DNA from: Gammaproteobacteria bacterium | GTDB taxonomy: Bacteria; Pseudomonadota; Gammaproteobacteria; Steroidobacterales; Foliamicaceae | Length of the DNA stretch: 51,414 bases | NCBI GenBank assembly: GCA_007571315.1 | Contig: RKRP01000133.1 | Location: forward strand, 1 to 51,414 | Direction: 5' to 3' | Shown: positions 38,836 to 48,189 of the stretch, in pieces | How the letters are laid out: each line of letters begins with the position of its first letter | Numbering within the stretch: position 1 is the first letter of the stretch | Notes under the pieces: generated by a model | What the model was told of the DNA's origin: nothing | The model's database searches: none | Seen by the model: the letters and a program-made list of their open reading frames with translations, nothing else | Position numbers and translations under genes: made by a program

Positions 38836-40951
38836 CCGCCAAATTGTAGGCGGCTGCCCCGCCATTGCCTGATGACAGGCGCAGCACCTGATCGGCATGG
38901 CGCAGTATGGCCGGACGGTGGGCGGCGCACACTACGGTTACGTCGAGATTCTTGAGCATCTGCACCACCCGCTCCTCGGTTGCGGGGTCCAGGTGGCTGG
39001 TGGCCTCGTCGAGTATCAGCGCGCGCGGGCGGCGATACAGCGCTCTCGCCAGCAGGATTCTCTGCGCCTGGCCGCCCGACAGATTGGAACCCATGTCGCC
39101 AATCTGGCTGGCCATGCCCATGGGGAATTGTCGAATTTCCGCGTCCATGGCCGCCAGGCGAGCAACTTCCTCAATCAGTTCGGCATCCGGCGCCGGGTCG
39201 AAGAAACTGATATTCTCGGCGATGCTGCCTCGGAACAGCACGTCGCCCTGCAGCACAAGGCCCAGTTGCCGGCGATACTCGCGGCGCTGAAGCCTTTCCA
39301 CTTCCGTTCCGTCTGCCAGAAGCCTTCCCTCCGTAGGTGTTTCCAGGCCCGCCAGAAGTTTGAGAAAAGTGCTCTTGCCGCAGCCGGATGGCCCTGTCAG
39401 CACCACCAGCTGGCCCGGTTCAATACGGCAGGAAAATTTGCGCAGCACGAATCCCTCGTTGCCGCTGTAGGCAAATCCCATTCCCTGCGCCTCGAACGCG
39501 CCATCAAGCCGGCCAACCGGCAAGCCATCCTCCGGTTCGGCCTCGTGCTCCACGATATCCCCCAGCCGCTCGGCATGCAGCCGCAGCATGTAAGCCTGTT
39601 GAAACAGCGCAATAAGCGCACTGAGGGCCGCGCTGAACCGGCCGCGCAGCGACATGAAGGCAAACAGCGCGCCGAGCGTGATCTGACCATTAAACAGCGC
39701 CAGCACCCCAACGCCCAGAAACGCGATCTGCTCGGCTTCCCCAAGCGCGCTCAGCCCGGCGCCGGACCACATGCCTATGCGCGCGCTGCGCACATTCAGG
39801 TTGAGCTTATCGACCAGGTGCGTTTGCCAAACCGTGAGGCGCTCGCTCTCGCCGGCCAGCGCCTTTACCGTTTCGCTTCCGCGAAGCGATTCCAGCATCG
39901 CTGAACTCTGCTTCGCCCCCGCCACCAGCCCGTCCCGCGACAACCGTCTCTGCGCGGGAAGAACGCTCCACACCAACCCGGCGCGAAGCGCCAGCCCGGC
40001 CAGGCTGATCATCATCAGGACCGGGCTGTAGATCAGCATCACCACGCCTGCAAGAGTTACCTTGAGCAGATTGATAATGCCTGTGACCACCGAGCCTGTC
40101 GCGAACTGGATGATGGGCGCCAGCGATTGCATGCGCGAGACTACATCGCCCACATGCCGCTCCCGGAAGAAGCGCGCCGGCAGGCTGAACAGCCGCCGGG
40201 TTAGATTGCGGGAGGTTTGCAGGGAAATCGAGGTGGATAGCCAAATTCCAATCCAGCCCTGGAGCAGTTGCAGCGGGATTGTTACCGCCGCCAGCAGCGC
40301 CATGGCGATCAGCATGGAGCGCAGCAATTCGGAATCCTGGGATGTGGTTACTTCGTCGATCAGGATTTGCGAAAGTATGGGTGGCGCCAGGCTGAGTATC
40401 TGCATCGCCAGCGCAATCAGGGTGAGGCCGGACAGCGTGCGCGCGAGACCGTCGAATGAACGGGCTATGGACTTGAGCGGCAGCGCGCCACGCAAGTCGG
40501 AGCGCCTGAAATTCGCGTGCGGGGCGAGTTCCAGCGCCACGCCCGTAAAGCGTTCGTCGAGTTGCGCAACGCGCCACCAGCGGCGCTCGCCCGCAGGGTC
40601 GAGGATCAGCGCGCGCTGCTTGCGGACTTTCTCCAGCACAACATAGTGGTCCAGATTCCAGTGCAGGATGCAGGGAACCTTGAGCTGCGCAAACTCTTCC
40701 AGTTCCAGCCTGAGCGGCCGTCCGCTCAGGCCCAGTTTTTCGGCGGCATCCATCAGCGCTTGCAACGTGTGTCCGCGTCCCGCTCCGCCGGCGCGGGCGC
40801 GGGTTGTGGTCAAGTTCATGCGCAGTCCGTGAAAGTCGGCGATCATCGCCAGACAGGCCAGCCCGCACTCGGACTGCTGGTGCTGGGGAATGTGCCGCAG
40901 CCTCCTGGGGCGGCCGATGGCGGCATCAAACGCCTGCTTGAACGTCGGCAA
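38801..40951 (-). CDS. Peptidase C39-containing ABC transporter (PCAT, CvaB/RaxB-like)
   Basis: QQSECGLACL, HW..DHYVV and DP (C39 triad); TM domain; GPSGCGKST, LSGGQ and LDEATSHLD. Confidence 0.93.
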   Translation of the reverse strand: MPTFKQAFDAAIGRPRRLRHIPQHQQSECGLACLAMIADFHGLRMNLTTTRARAGGAGRGHTLQALMDAAEKLGLSGRPLRLELEEFAQLKVPCILHWNLDHYVVLEKVRKQRALILDPAGERRWWRVAQLDERFTGVALELAPHANFRRSDLRGALPLKSIARSFDGLARTLSGLTLIALAMQILSLAPPILSQILIDEVTTSQDSELLRSMLIAMALLAAVTIPLQLLQGWIGIWLSTSISLQTSRNLTRRLFSLPARFFRERHVGDVVSRMQSLAPIIQFATGSVVTGIINLLKVTLAGVVMLIYSPVLMMISLAGLALRAGLVWSVLPAQRRLSRDGLVAGAKQSSAMLESLRGSETVKALAGESERLTVWQTHLVDKLNLNVRSARIGMWSGAGLSALGEAEQIAFLGVGVLALFNGQITLGALFAFMSLRGRFSAALSALIALFQQAYMLRLHAERLGDIVEHEAEPEDGLPVGRLDGAFEAQGMGFAYSGNEGFVLRKFSCRIEPGQLVVLTGPSGCGKSTFLKLLAGLETPTEGRLLADGTEVERLQRREYRRQLGLVLQGDVLFRGSIAENISFFDPAPDAELIEEVARLAAMDAEIRQFPMGMASQIGDMGSNLSGGQAQRILLARALYRRPRALILDEATSHLDPATEERVVQMLKNLDVTVVCAAHRPAILRHADQVLRLSSGNGGAAAYNLADDRPPTPGLVG

Positions 40952-42251
40952 GCGCAGGCTCCTCCGCGTTTATCAAGGCTTCGCCGGCGCCGCGAATGAG
41001 CGGATCCAAAAGCCAGCGTATGAGTGTGCGCCGGGTTTCAATGATGGTGGCGTCCACCCCCAGCCCCGGGCGCAGCGGCCAGCTCCGGCCCTTGGCTTGC
41101 ATGTGCTGCCGTTCAAGTCTCACGCGCGCCTCGTAGGCGGGAGCAAGCACATTCGGAACCAGGCGAATGGCATGCGCCTCAAGCGGGCTGGAAGTCATTT
41201 CCGTAACCGTGCCCTTCAATACGCCAAACTGGCGCGACGGAAAGGCCGGAAGTTTCAGCACCGCCTCCTGTCCGGCCTCGGCTCGCCCGCCGGCCGCTGA
41301 CGAAAGGTAAAGCCGGGCTTCCATTTCCGCGCCGGGCGGGTGAATGGTAGCTACCGCATCGCCAATGTTGACCGGCTTGCCGGCGCTCGCCAGCACGTCG
41401 GCAAGTTGTCCTCGCATGGGCGCGACGATTGCGCGGCGGGATAACCCGTCCAGCTCCACGGCGCGTTCCGCCAAACGCTCCGATTCAATCTCCAGGCTCA
41501 AATCCAGCGCCTCGAAGGACTGGCGCTCAGCAATCATTCCCTGCGAGAGGCGATCGACAGCGGCCTCGGTTTCAATTCTCTGGGAACGCAGTTGATCCAG
41601 CAGCGCCATGGCTTGCAGCCTCCGCAGTTCCGAAGGCTCCACATCGCGCCTCGCCGCGTGTCCTTGAGACGCCAGCGCCTCCAGCCGCTTGTAGCCGGCA
41701 TCCGCCAGTTCAACCTGGCGGGCCGCGTTTTGAACCCGCGCCTTGAGCAAATCCAGCGTGGATTTGAGTGCCGCCTGCTCAAGACGCATGGAGCGCATTC
41801 TTGCGTCGAAGGCGTTTCGTTCCCTGTGCCGGCGCTGCTGCAGCAATTGCCGCTGTTGCGCCGCCGACCCCGACCGGGTCTCGTAACTGCCGATCCCGTC
41901 GGCAAGAGCGCGGTCCACGGCCAGCGTCATCAACGCGCTGCCGGCCTCCACCGTGTCGCCCGGCTTTACCAGCACTTCCTCGATCACGCCGCTTTGCTCG
42001 GCGGGTATTGTGGTAAGACCGCCCACGGGCAGCAGCACGCCGGGGGCATGCAGCCGGCTTGGCACCTGGACCACGAAGGCCAGGGCAATCAGCGCGGCAA
42101 TGCAAGCGCATGCAATCCACACTGCAAGAGGGGTGGAGGCCGGCCCGGCCAGCAGCACCTTCCCAAGGAAGCGATTCCGCTGACTTGTCAGGGCGTTCTC
42201 GCGGAACAAACCGGGGTCGTTTGGAGAACGCCTTGTTGGATGGTTGCCCAC
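40926..42251 (-). CDS. HlyD-family membrane fusion protein (CvaA/RaxA-like)
   Basis: LFR N-terminus, single TM, coiled coil, AFP..QFG and LRPG...WLLDP. Confidence 0.9.
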   Translation of the reverse strand: MGNHPTRRSPNDPGLFRENALTSQRNRFLGKVLLAGPASTPLAVWIACACIAALIALAFVVQVPSRLHAPGVLLPVGGLTTIPAEQSGVIEEVLVKPGDTVEAGSALMTLAVDRALADGIGSYETRSGSAAQQRQLLQQRRHRERNAFDARMRSMRLEQAALKSTLDLLKARVQNAARQVELADAGYKRLEALASQGHAARRDVEPSELRRLQAMALLDQLRSQRIETEAAVDRLSQGMIAERQSFEALDLSLEIESERLAERAVELDGLSRRAIVAPMRGQLADVLASAGKPVNIGDAVATIHPPGAEMEARLYLSSAAGGRAEAGQEAVLKLPAFPSRQFGVLKGTVTEMTSSPLEAHAIRLVPNVLAPAYEARVRLERQHMQAKGRSWPLRPGLGVDATIIETRRTLIRWLLDPLIRGAGEALINAEEPALADVQAGV

Positions 42252-42285
42252 CGGACCGGCCTCTATGCTTTCTGACTGTTTGACG

Positions 42286-42507
42286 TCACAGCACCTCCGG
42301 CCACTCGTCGCTGCATGGCGGCAGCCAATGCGACGGAACCGGTTTGGACGAATCCTCCATCCCTGTTTCCTGCTGCCTCTCCGGCACCAGGATCCAACGG
42401 TTGGGAGGCTCCTTCCAGCGCGGAATTTCGTGCCGCATAAGGGTGCGAAATTCCTCTGGATGCCCGCCCGCAGGCAAGCGAATTTCCCGCAACGTCAACT
42501 TTCTCAT
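42286..42507 (-). CDS. Putative double-glycine leader peptide precursor 2
   Basis: GGAG RBS; leader MRKLTLREIRLPAGG then a Trp/Pro/Glu-rich 58-aa core. Confidence 0.55.
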   Translation of the reverse strand: MRKLTLREIRLPAGGHPEEFRTLMRHEIPRWKEPPNRWILVPERQQETGMEDSSKPVPSHWLPPCSDEWPEVL

Positions 42508-42570
42508 GTCAATCTCCGTTTGCTGAGCGCCAACGCTCACTCGCCTGCCGCATCTGGAGCGGCAGCGCGG

Positions 42571-42933
42571 CTAGTCGTTGTCAGTAACGACTACCAGCTG
42601 GTACGCGGGAAGCGGGGCGTAATCGTCCGTTATCCCTACAGTCCCTTGCACCACAACGCCACCACTGCCGCCGCCGCTATCCGATTCTTCGCCATCTGAT
42701 TTCTCTTTTTCCTCCATGGCGCATAAGGGCCGCGCAACAACTTCAGCCACGAGCGCGCCCGCTGAAGCGCCAACAATCGCCCCGGGAACCGCGCCCATGC
42801 CTCCTGCTGCGGTGCCGACTATCGCGCCAGTGCCGGCTCCTATGACTATGGCCGCCGCCTTGACGTTTTGCACGCATTCGGATTCGTGTCCGCCAGCAAC
42901 GGCGGCGCATTCGCTATCGAGTAGTACTCGCAT
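42571..42933 (-). CDS. Double-glycine leader, glycine-zipper bacteriocin-like precursor 1
   Basis: AAGGAGGT RBS; leader MRVLLDSECAAVAGG; GxxxG-rich hydrophobic core flanked by two Cys; acidic tail. Confidence 0.8.
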   Translation of the reverse strand: MRVLLDSECAAVAGGHESECVQNVKAAAIVIGAGTGAIVGTAAGGMGAVPGAIVGASAGALVAEVVARPLCAMEEKEKSDGEESDSGGGSGGVVVQGTVGITDDYAPLPAYQLVVVTDND

Positions 42934-43108
42934 GATTTACCTCCTTGTAAGGATTGAATTGCGCGGCGCAACCCCTGCGCCGCTTCGATGAGCACAATGG
43001 ACTTTCCCCGAGATGAAGGAAACCGGAAAATTGCTCGCGTACCGCGAATATTTCTATCCCGCGAGCTTATCCGCCTAACGCGGCACTAATACGGCTATTG
43101 CATGAGCA

Positions 43109-43182
43109 TGGAGCGGACGATGGGAATCGAACCCACATCATCAGCTTGGGAAGCTGAGGTTCTACCTTTGAACTACGCCCGC
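43109..43182 (-). tRNA. tRNA-Gly(CCC)
   Basis: GCGGGCGTAGTTCAAAGGTAGAAC...TTCCCAA...GGTTCGATTCCC...TCCA. Confidence 0.95.
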
Positions 43183-43271
43183 TGCGCGGCTCAGTCTATG
43201 CTAGATTTCCAGTGCCGCAAAGGGGCCGGCGACAGAGGCGGCCAACGGTGGTTGCGGCGGGTGGAGGCGAA

Positions 43272-43949
43272 GTGAATTCCGAGGCTGAAAGACGGGCCGA
43301 CCCACGCAGCTTCGTTCGCAGATCGGGGCGGACCACCTCGGCTCAGAAGCGCGCCCTGAAGGAGCTATGGCCGCGCTACGGCGTGGATGAAACCGGCGCG
43401 CTCCCGCCGCTCAAGGAAGTATTCGGGAGGGAGGCGCGCACGGTGCTGGAGATCGGCTTCGGCAACGGCAAGACGCTGGTGCGCGCCGCCGCGGAATCCC
43501 CGCAGTTCAATTTTCTGGGCGTGGAGGTTCATCGGCCCGGCCTGGGGCGTTGCCTGCTTGAGGCCGAACGCGCCGGGCTTTCAAACTTGCGCCTCATGCA
43601 AGCCGATGCCGTGGAAGTTCTGAGGTCGCAATTGCCGCAGGCTTCCGTGGCGATGGTTTGCCTGTATTTTCCCGATCCCTGGCCACGCAAGCGGCATCAC
43701 AAGCGGCGGCTGGTGCAGCCGGGTTTCATCGCGCTGCTTGAGCGGGCGCTGGAGCCCGGAGGGATGTTCCACGTGGCCACCGACTGGTCGCCATACGCCG
43801 AGCACATCGAAGGCGTGATGGATGGCATGACGGCATTCGAGCGGCTCGCCAGCCCTCCGGCGCGCTGCGCCACGCGTTTCGAGCTGCGCGGCAGCGCGCT
43901 GGGTCACAAAATCTGGGAGGCCGCCTACCGGCTGCGGCCTCTTGCGTAG
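43272..43949 (+). CDS. trmB: tRNA (guanine-N7)-methyltransferase
   Basis: RSFVRRSGR, LEIGFGNG, FPDPWPRKRHHKRR and ATDW. Confidence 0.95.
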   Translation: MNSEAERRADPRSFVRRSGRTTSAQKRALKELWPRYGVDETGALPPLKEVFGREARTVLEIGFGNGKTLVRAAAESPQFNFLGVEVHRPGLGRCLLEAERAGLSNLRLMQADAVEVLRSQLPQASVAMVCLYFPDPWPRKRHHKRRLVQPGFIALLERALEPGGMFHVATDWSPYAEHIEGVMDGMTAFERLASPPARCATRFELRGSALGHKIWEAAYRLRPLA

Positions 43950-44056
43950 CTGTGCGGCTGCGCGAGGCGAAGTTCGATAAAAAAGCGACCGAAACGCCCA
44001 AAAAGAAAATCGCCGCCACCCGCGGGCGCAGGAAGGCGCCGAAGCCCCCGTAGCGG

Positions 44057-44824
44057 TCAGTCCGCATAATCAAGAATCAGCGGCGCGTGGTCGGAGAACC
44101 GCTTGCGCTTGTAGATGGAAGCCGCCCGAACCCGCTCCGCCAGATGCGGCGTGGCCACTTGGTAGTCGATGCGCCAGCCGACATTCCTGGCCCAGGCCTG
44201 GCCGCGGTTCGACCACCAGGTGTACTGATCAGGATGGGGGTTGATGCGGCGGAAGCAATCGACAAAGCCGAATTCCCCAAACAGCCGGTCCATCCAGGCG
44301 CGTTCTTCCGGAAGGAAGCCGGAATTTTTCCGGTTGCCGCGCCAGTTTTTGAGATCAATCCGGCGATGCGCAATGTTGAAGTCTCCGCACAGCAGATGCT
44401 CTCTGCCACTGTCGCGCGCCGCCCTCAGCAGGGGCGTGAACTCATCCAGGAACCGGTACTTGGCCTCCTGGCGGTGTTCCGAAGACGAGCCCGAAGGCAA
44501 GTACAGCGAAACCACGCTCAAGCCTCCGAAGCGCGCTTCCAGATAACGGCCCTCGGCATCGAATTCCACCGAGCCGAAACCGCGCAGCACTTCGTCGGGT
44601 TCGCGCCGGGAATACAGGCCCACGCCCGAATATCCCTTGCGCTCGGCGCTCTCGTAGAAGCAATGCCAGTTGCGGGGCCAGAACTCGCGGCTTTGCAGCT
44701 GGTTCTCCTGCGCCTTCAGTTCCTGCAGGCACACCAAGTCGGCTTTCTGGCGCCGCAGCCAGTTAAAGAAGCCCTTGCGCGCCGCCGCCCGGATGCCGTT
44801 GGCGTTCAGCGTAATAACCCGCAT
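44057..44824 (-). CDS. xth: Exodeoxyribonuclease III
   Basis: NANGIRAA, LQELK, GDFNIAH, GWRIDY and SDHAP. Confidence 0.93.
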   Translation of the reverse strand: MRVITLNANGIRAAARKGFFNWLRRQKADLVCLQELKAQENQLQSREFWPRNWHCFYESAERKGYSGVGLYSRREPDEVLRGFGSVEFDAEGRYLEARFGGLSVVSLYLPSGSSSEHRQEAKYRFLDEFTPLLRAARDSGREHLLCGDFNIAHRRIDLKNWRGNRKNSGFLPEERAWMDRLFGEFGFVDCFRRINPHPDQYTWWSNRGQAWARNVGWRIDYQVATPHLAERVRAASIYKRKRFSDHAPLILDYAD

Positions 44825-44861
44825 GCGGCCCCCGGCGCCTGCGTAACGGAACGCCGCGGCC

Positions 44862-45623
44862 TTACCAGCGCAGGCCGCCGTCGAGATCGATGACTCGTCC
44901 CGATATGTAGTCGTTCTCCAGGATGAATTGCGCAGTCTGCGCCACTTCGTCCGGCTCGCCCAGACGTTTGGCCGGCACCATGGCCGCGAGCCGTTCGCGG
45001 GCCTCGGGCTTCATCGCCGCCACCATCTCCGTATTCATCAGACCTGGCGCGATCGCCGCCGCCCGAATTCCGTGGCGGGCCAGCTCGCGCGCCCACAGCA
45101 CGGTGAGCGCGGCCACGCCGGCCTTGGTGGCGGAGTAGTTGGACTGGCCAAAATTGCCGGCCCGGGAGAGGCTGGAGATGTTGATGATGACGCCTCCGTT
45201 CCCGAAGCTCGCCATATGCGCAGCGGCCTCGCGGGCGCACAAGAAGGTGCCCGTGAGGTTAACGTCAATAACCGCCTGCCAGTCTTGCAGCGGCATCTTG
45301 CCCAGCAATTCGCCGTCCTTGTGTTTGATAAGCAGGCCGTCGCGGGTAATGCCGGCATTGTTGATGAGCGCATCAAGAGCGCCGCAATCCGAGGCCACCG
45401 CATCCATGAAGGCGGTAACGTCCGCTTCCTTCGAGACATTGGCGCCGTAGCAATGAACTTCAGCGCCGGCTCCGCGGCAGCAGGCGGCCGTATCGGCCAG
45501 ACCGTCCTCCTTGAGGTCGCACAAGGCCAGCCGCGCGCCGGCGCTGGCCAGGCGGCGCGCCATGGCCGCGCCTAAGCCGCGCGCCGCTCCCGTAATGATG
45601 ATGGTCTTGCCCTTGATTTCCAC
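44862..45623 (-). CDS. SDR family oxidoreductase (3-oxoacyl-ACP reductase-like)
   Basis: TGAARGLG, NNAGITRD and YSATK. Confidence 0.9.
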   Translation of the reverse strand: MEIKGKTIIITGAARGLGAAMARRLASAGARLALCDLKEDGLADTAACCRGAGAEVHCYGANVSKEADVTAFMDAVASDCGALDALINNAGITRDGLLIKHKDGELLGKMPLQDWQAVIDVNLTGTFLCAREAAAHMASFGNGGVIINISSLSRAGNFGQSNYSATKAGVAALTVLWARELARHGIRAAAIAPGLMNTEMVAAMKPEARERLAAMVPAKRLGEPDEVAQTAQFILENDYISGRVIDLDGGLRW

Positions 45624-45657
45624 TGGAACCGCTCCTCGGATAAAAGTGGGCGCAATC

Positions 45658-46722
45658 CTACTCCATCGCGCTGCTCGCCGCCTCTTGCCGCGGCTTGTTG
45701 CCCGTAACCGCCCAGCCCATCAGCGCCTCGCCCCGGTAGATCAGCGGGAACCAGCCCTCCACCGCAATTCCCGCCCCGCGCAGGCAGCCGAGAAGCCGGT
45801 CGAATTCTCCCTCGCTGGGCGTGGCGGCAAGCAGGTCCTCCATGCGCCTCTGGTATGCCGCGCAGGATTCCTTCAGGCGCCGTATCGTTTGGCGTCTTTG
45901 CGAGGCTTCAATCCGGGGCGCGAAAACGCTGCTCAGCCCTTGCAGGATAAACCCGATGCCGTAGCCGGGGTCGCTGAACCTCGCGGCTTGCTGCTGCACC
46001 CGATCAACCGATGCGTTCAGTTTTCGCCGCAAATGCTCGGCTTTGCCGTCGCCCCGCAACAGGCGCCGCTCAAATGCGCTGCCAGCGCCGGCCATGGCTT
46101 TGACTACCCGGCCGGCTTTCTCCAGCAAGCGCTCTTGCTCCAGGCAAAGACGGTGCTGCTCCAGTCCTTCCCGCGCCTCGCGCACCACCACCGAGTTGGC
46201 GTGATGCGTAATAAGCGCGATGCGCCCGCCAGGCTTGAGGATGCGCATGACCTCCTGCGCGCTGGCCGCGGGGTCCCCGTACTCGAACCCATATTGCGAG
46301 GTTGCCAGGTCCACGCTGCCGCTTTCCAGTCCGGTTCGCTCGTTTGGCGCATTGCCGCGGAAGCGCACCTGGCCCAGCCATGGCCGGGCCGCTTCAGCGC
46401 CGCCTGCATCCCGCTCCGGCTTGATGGCGGCCTTGTCCAGCGCCTCAATTGCAAACTGCTTGCCGCGCGTTGCGGAATACTCCGCCGCCAGAAGAGCCAC
46501 GGCGCCGTTGCCGGTAGCCAGGTCCGCCACTCGCGCTTCGGGAGTGAGGGTGGCGAACTGGCGTTCCCAGAATTCCCGAATCTCCCCGTCGTAATTGGGA
46601 TTGCCGTTCCGCTCGAAGGTTGTAACGCTGCCGTGGCGCCAGAACTGCAGCCACTCGCTGTTATCGAGTTTTCCGCGGCGTTTATCCTTGCTTCTGGGGC
46701 CCTTGCGCCCGGGGTTGCTCAT
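45658..46722 (-). CDS. Class I SAM-dependent methyltransferase
   Basis: DLATGNG, SQYGFEY and RILKPGG. Confidence 0.8.
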   Translation of the reverse strand: MSNPGRKGPRSKDKRRGKLDNSEWLQFWRHGSVTTFERNGNPNYDGEIREFWERQFATLTPEARVADLATGNGAVALLAAEYSATRGKQFAIEALDKAAIKPERDAGGAEAARPWLGQVRFRGNAPNERTGLESGSVDLATSQYGFEYGDPAASAQEVMRILKPGGRIALITHHANSVVVREAREGLEQHRLCLEQERLLEKAGRVVKAMAGAGSAFERRLLRGDGKAEHLRRKLNASVDRVQQQAARFSDPGYGIGFILQGLSSVFAPRIEASQRRQTIRRLKESCAAYQRRMEDLLAATPSEGEFDRLLGCLRGAGIAVEGWFPLIYRGEALMGWAVTGNKPRQEAASSAME

Positions 46723-46734
46723 GCAACATCCGGC

Positions 46735-47523
46735 CTAGGCGCCGGTAAAGCGTGGCGCCCTTTTCTCCAGAAACGCCGCTATGCCTTCGGCCGCGTCCGC
46801 CGAGGCGGCGCATGTTTCCTGTGCTTCGGCCTCGGCCATGAACATGTCCTCAAACGAAAGCGCTGCCGCCTTGCGCACAAGTTTCTTTGTGGCGGCCAGT
46901 GCCAGCGGCGCCTTTATCGCCAGTTCGCCCGCCCAGTTTTCGGCCGTTTGCAGCGCTTGCCCCGGCGGGGCCAGACGGTTGACCAGGTTCAACTCCAGGG
47001 CGCGGCTCGCGGGCATGCGGTCGCCGCCGATGGCGAACTCAAAAGCCGCGCGCTGACCCAGCGCCCGGGTAAGCGTCCAGGTGGCCCCGCCATCAGGAAT
47101 AAGGCCGATGTTGGAAAAAGGGCAAAGCAGAAAGGCGTTTTCTTCCATTACCACCAAGTCGCAGGCGACCGCCAGGGACATGCCAATGCCTGCCGCGCCT
47201 CCCTGAATGGCGGCGATTACGGGCTGCGTAGCCTCCGCGACCGCGTCGAATACAGGCTTGTATTCCTTCAGAAGAATGTCTCGTATCGACTCCGTTCCCA
47301 AGGCGCTCCGTTTAAGGTTTGCTCCGGCGCTGAAGAATCTCCCGCTGCCGCCCAGCACGATCGCCCGCACCGAAGGGTCCTGCGCCGCTTCCATGAGCGC
47401 CGCCGCCAACTGCGCCCTCAACTCCGGCGTGAAGCTGTTGAGATTGCCGGGCTGGTCCATCAGCACCGTGGCCACGGCGCCGCTGTTTCGCGCCCGAACT
47501 ACCGCGTCCTGACTGGCTCCCAC
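46735..47523 (-). CDS. Enoyl-CoA hydratase/isomerase family protein
   Basis: FSAGANL, GAAGIG, GLIPDGG and EGIAAFLEKRAP; GTG start inferred. Confidence 0.9.
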   Translation of the reverse strand: MGASQDAVVRARNSGAVATVLMDQPGNLNSFTPELRAQLAAALMEAAQDPSVRAIVLGGSGRFFSAGANLKRSALGTESIRDILLKEYKPVFDAVAEATQPVIAAIQGGAAGIGMSLAVACDLVVMEENAFLLCPFSNIGLIPDGGATWTLTRALGQRAAFEFAIGGDRMPASRALELNLVNRLAPPGQALQTAENWAGELAIKAPLALAATKKLVRKAAALSFEDMFMAEAEAQETCAASADAAEGIAAFLEKRAPRFTGA

Positions 47524-47537
47524 GCCACGCAGGGCTG

Positions 47538-48149
47538 TTAGGCCGCGCCTCGGGAGCGCGCATAGGCCGGACGCTTCTTGCAACTGTTCATCCACTTGTT
47601 CACCTTGGCCTGCGACGCGATGTCGTAGCCCAGCATTCCCAGCATGTCCAGCACTGAAACGCAGATAAGGTCCGCCGCCGTGAACTGGTCGCCCAGGAGG
47701 TGGGAGCGCCTGGCGAGTTGCTTCTCCAGAACGCCCAGGGGTTCCGCCAGAGCGGCTTCGGCCGCTTGGGCCGCGGCCTCGTTGTGGTTGTCGCCGGTGT
47801 GCACGAATTTCTGCATGAACATCGTTACGATGGGCGGCTCCAGTTCGGTCATGGCGAAGAACGCCCATTGCAGCACATGAGCGCGCTGCGCCTGGGTGGC
47901 GGGCCAAAGCTCCCGGTCATCATATTTAGCGGCCAGGTACAGGTTGATGGCGGTGGATTCAAACAGCTTGAGATTGCCATCTTCCATGGCCGGCGCCTTG
48001 CCGGTAATTGTGACCGCGCCGATCGCTTTCCTGCGTTCCTCCCGCGACAGGTCGTCCATGGGAACGTGCTCGTAAGGGATGGACAATTCTTCCAGCATCC
48101 ACAAGCAGCGCGCCGCTCGAGACTGTAGCGGGCCGTATAAGCGGATCAT
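47538..48149 (-). CDS. Glutathione S-transferase family protein
   Basis: SRA..CLWMLEEL, GKAP, LFESTAI and FTAAD. Confidence 0.9.
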   Translation of the reverse strand: MIRLYGPLQSRAARCLWMLEELSIPYEHVPMDDLSREERRKAIGAVTITGKAPAMEDGNLKLFESTAINLYLAAKYDDRELWPATQAQRAHVLQWAFFAMTELEPPIVTMFMQKFVHTGDNHNEAAAQAAEAALAEPLGVLEKQLARRSHLLGDQFTAADLICVSVLDMLGMLGYDIASQAKVNKWMNSCKKRPAYARSRGAA

Positions 48150-48189
48150 TTATAGCTCTCCTTGGGGTGGCTACCAACCTCTTTTATCG

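Noticed and set aside
38840-43109. attL/attR duplication of the tRNA-Gly 3' end bounding the peptide cluster
   Set aside because: Only short chance matches (for example TGGAGCGG near 42555) and no integrase were found.
43952-44053. 33-aa Lys/Arg-rich ORF after trmB
   Set aside because: No RBS, very short and no recognisable family; may be a gene remnant.
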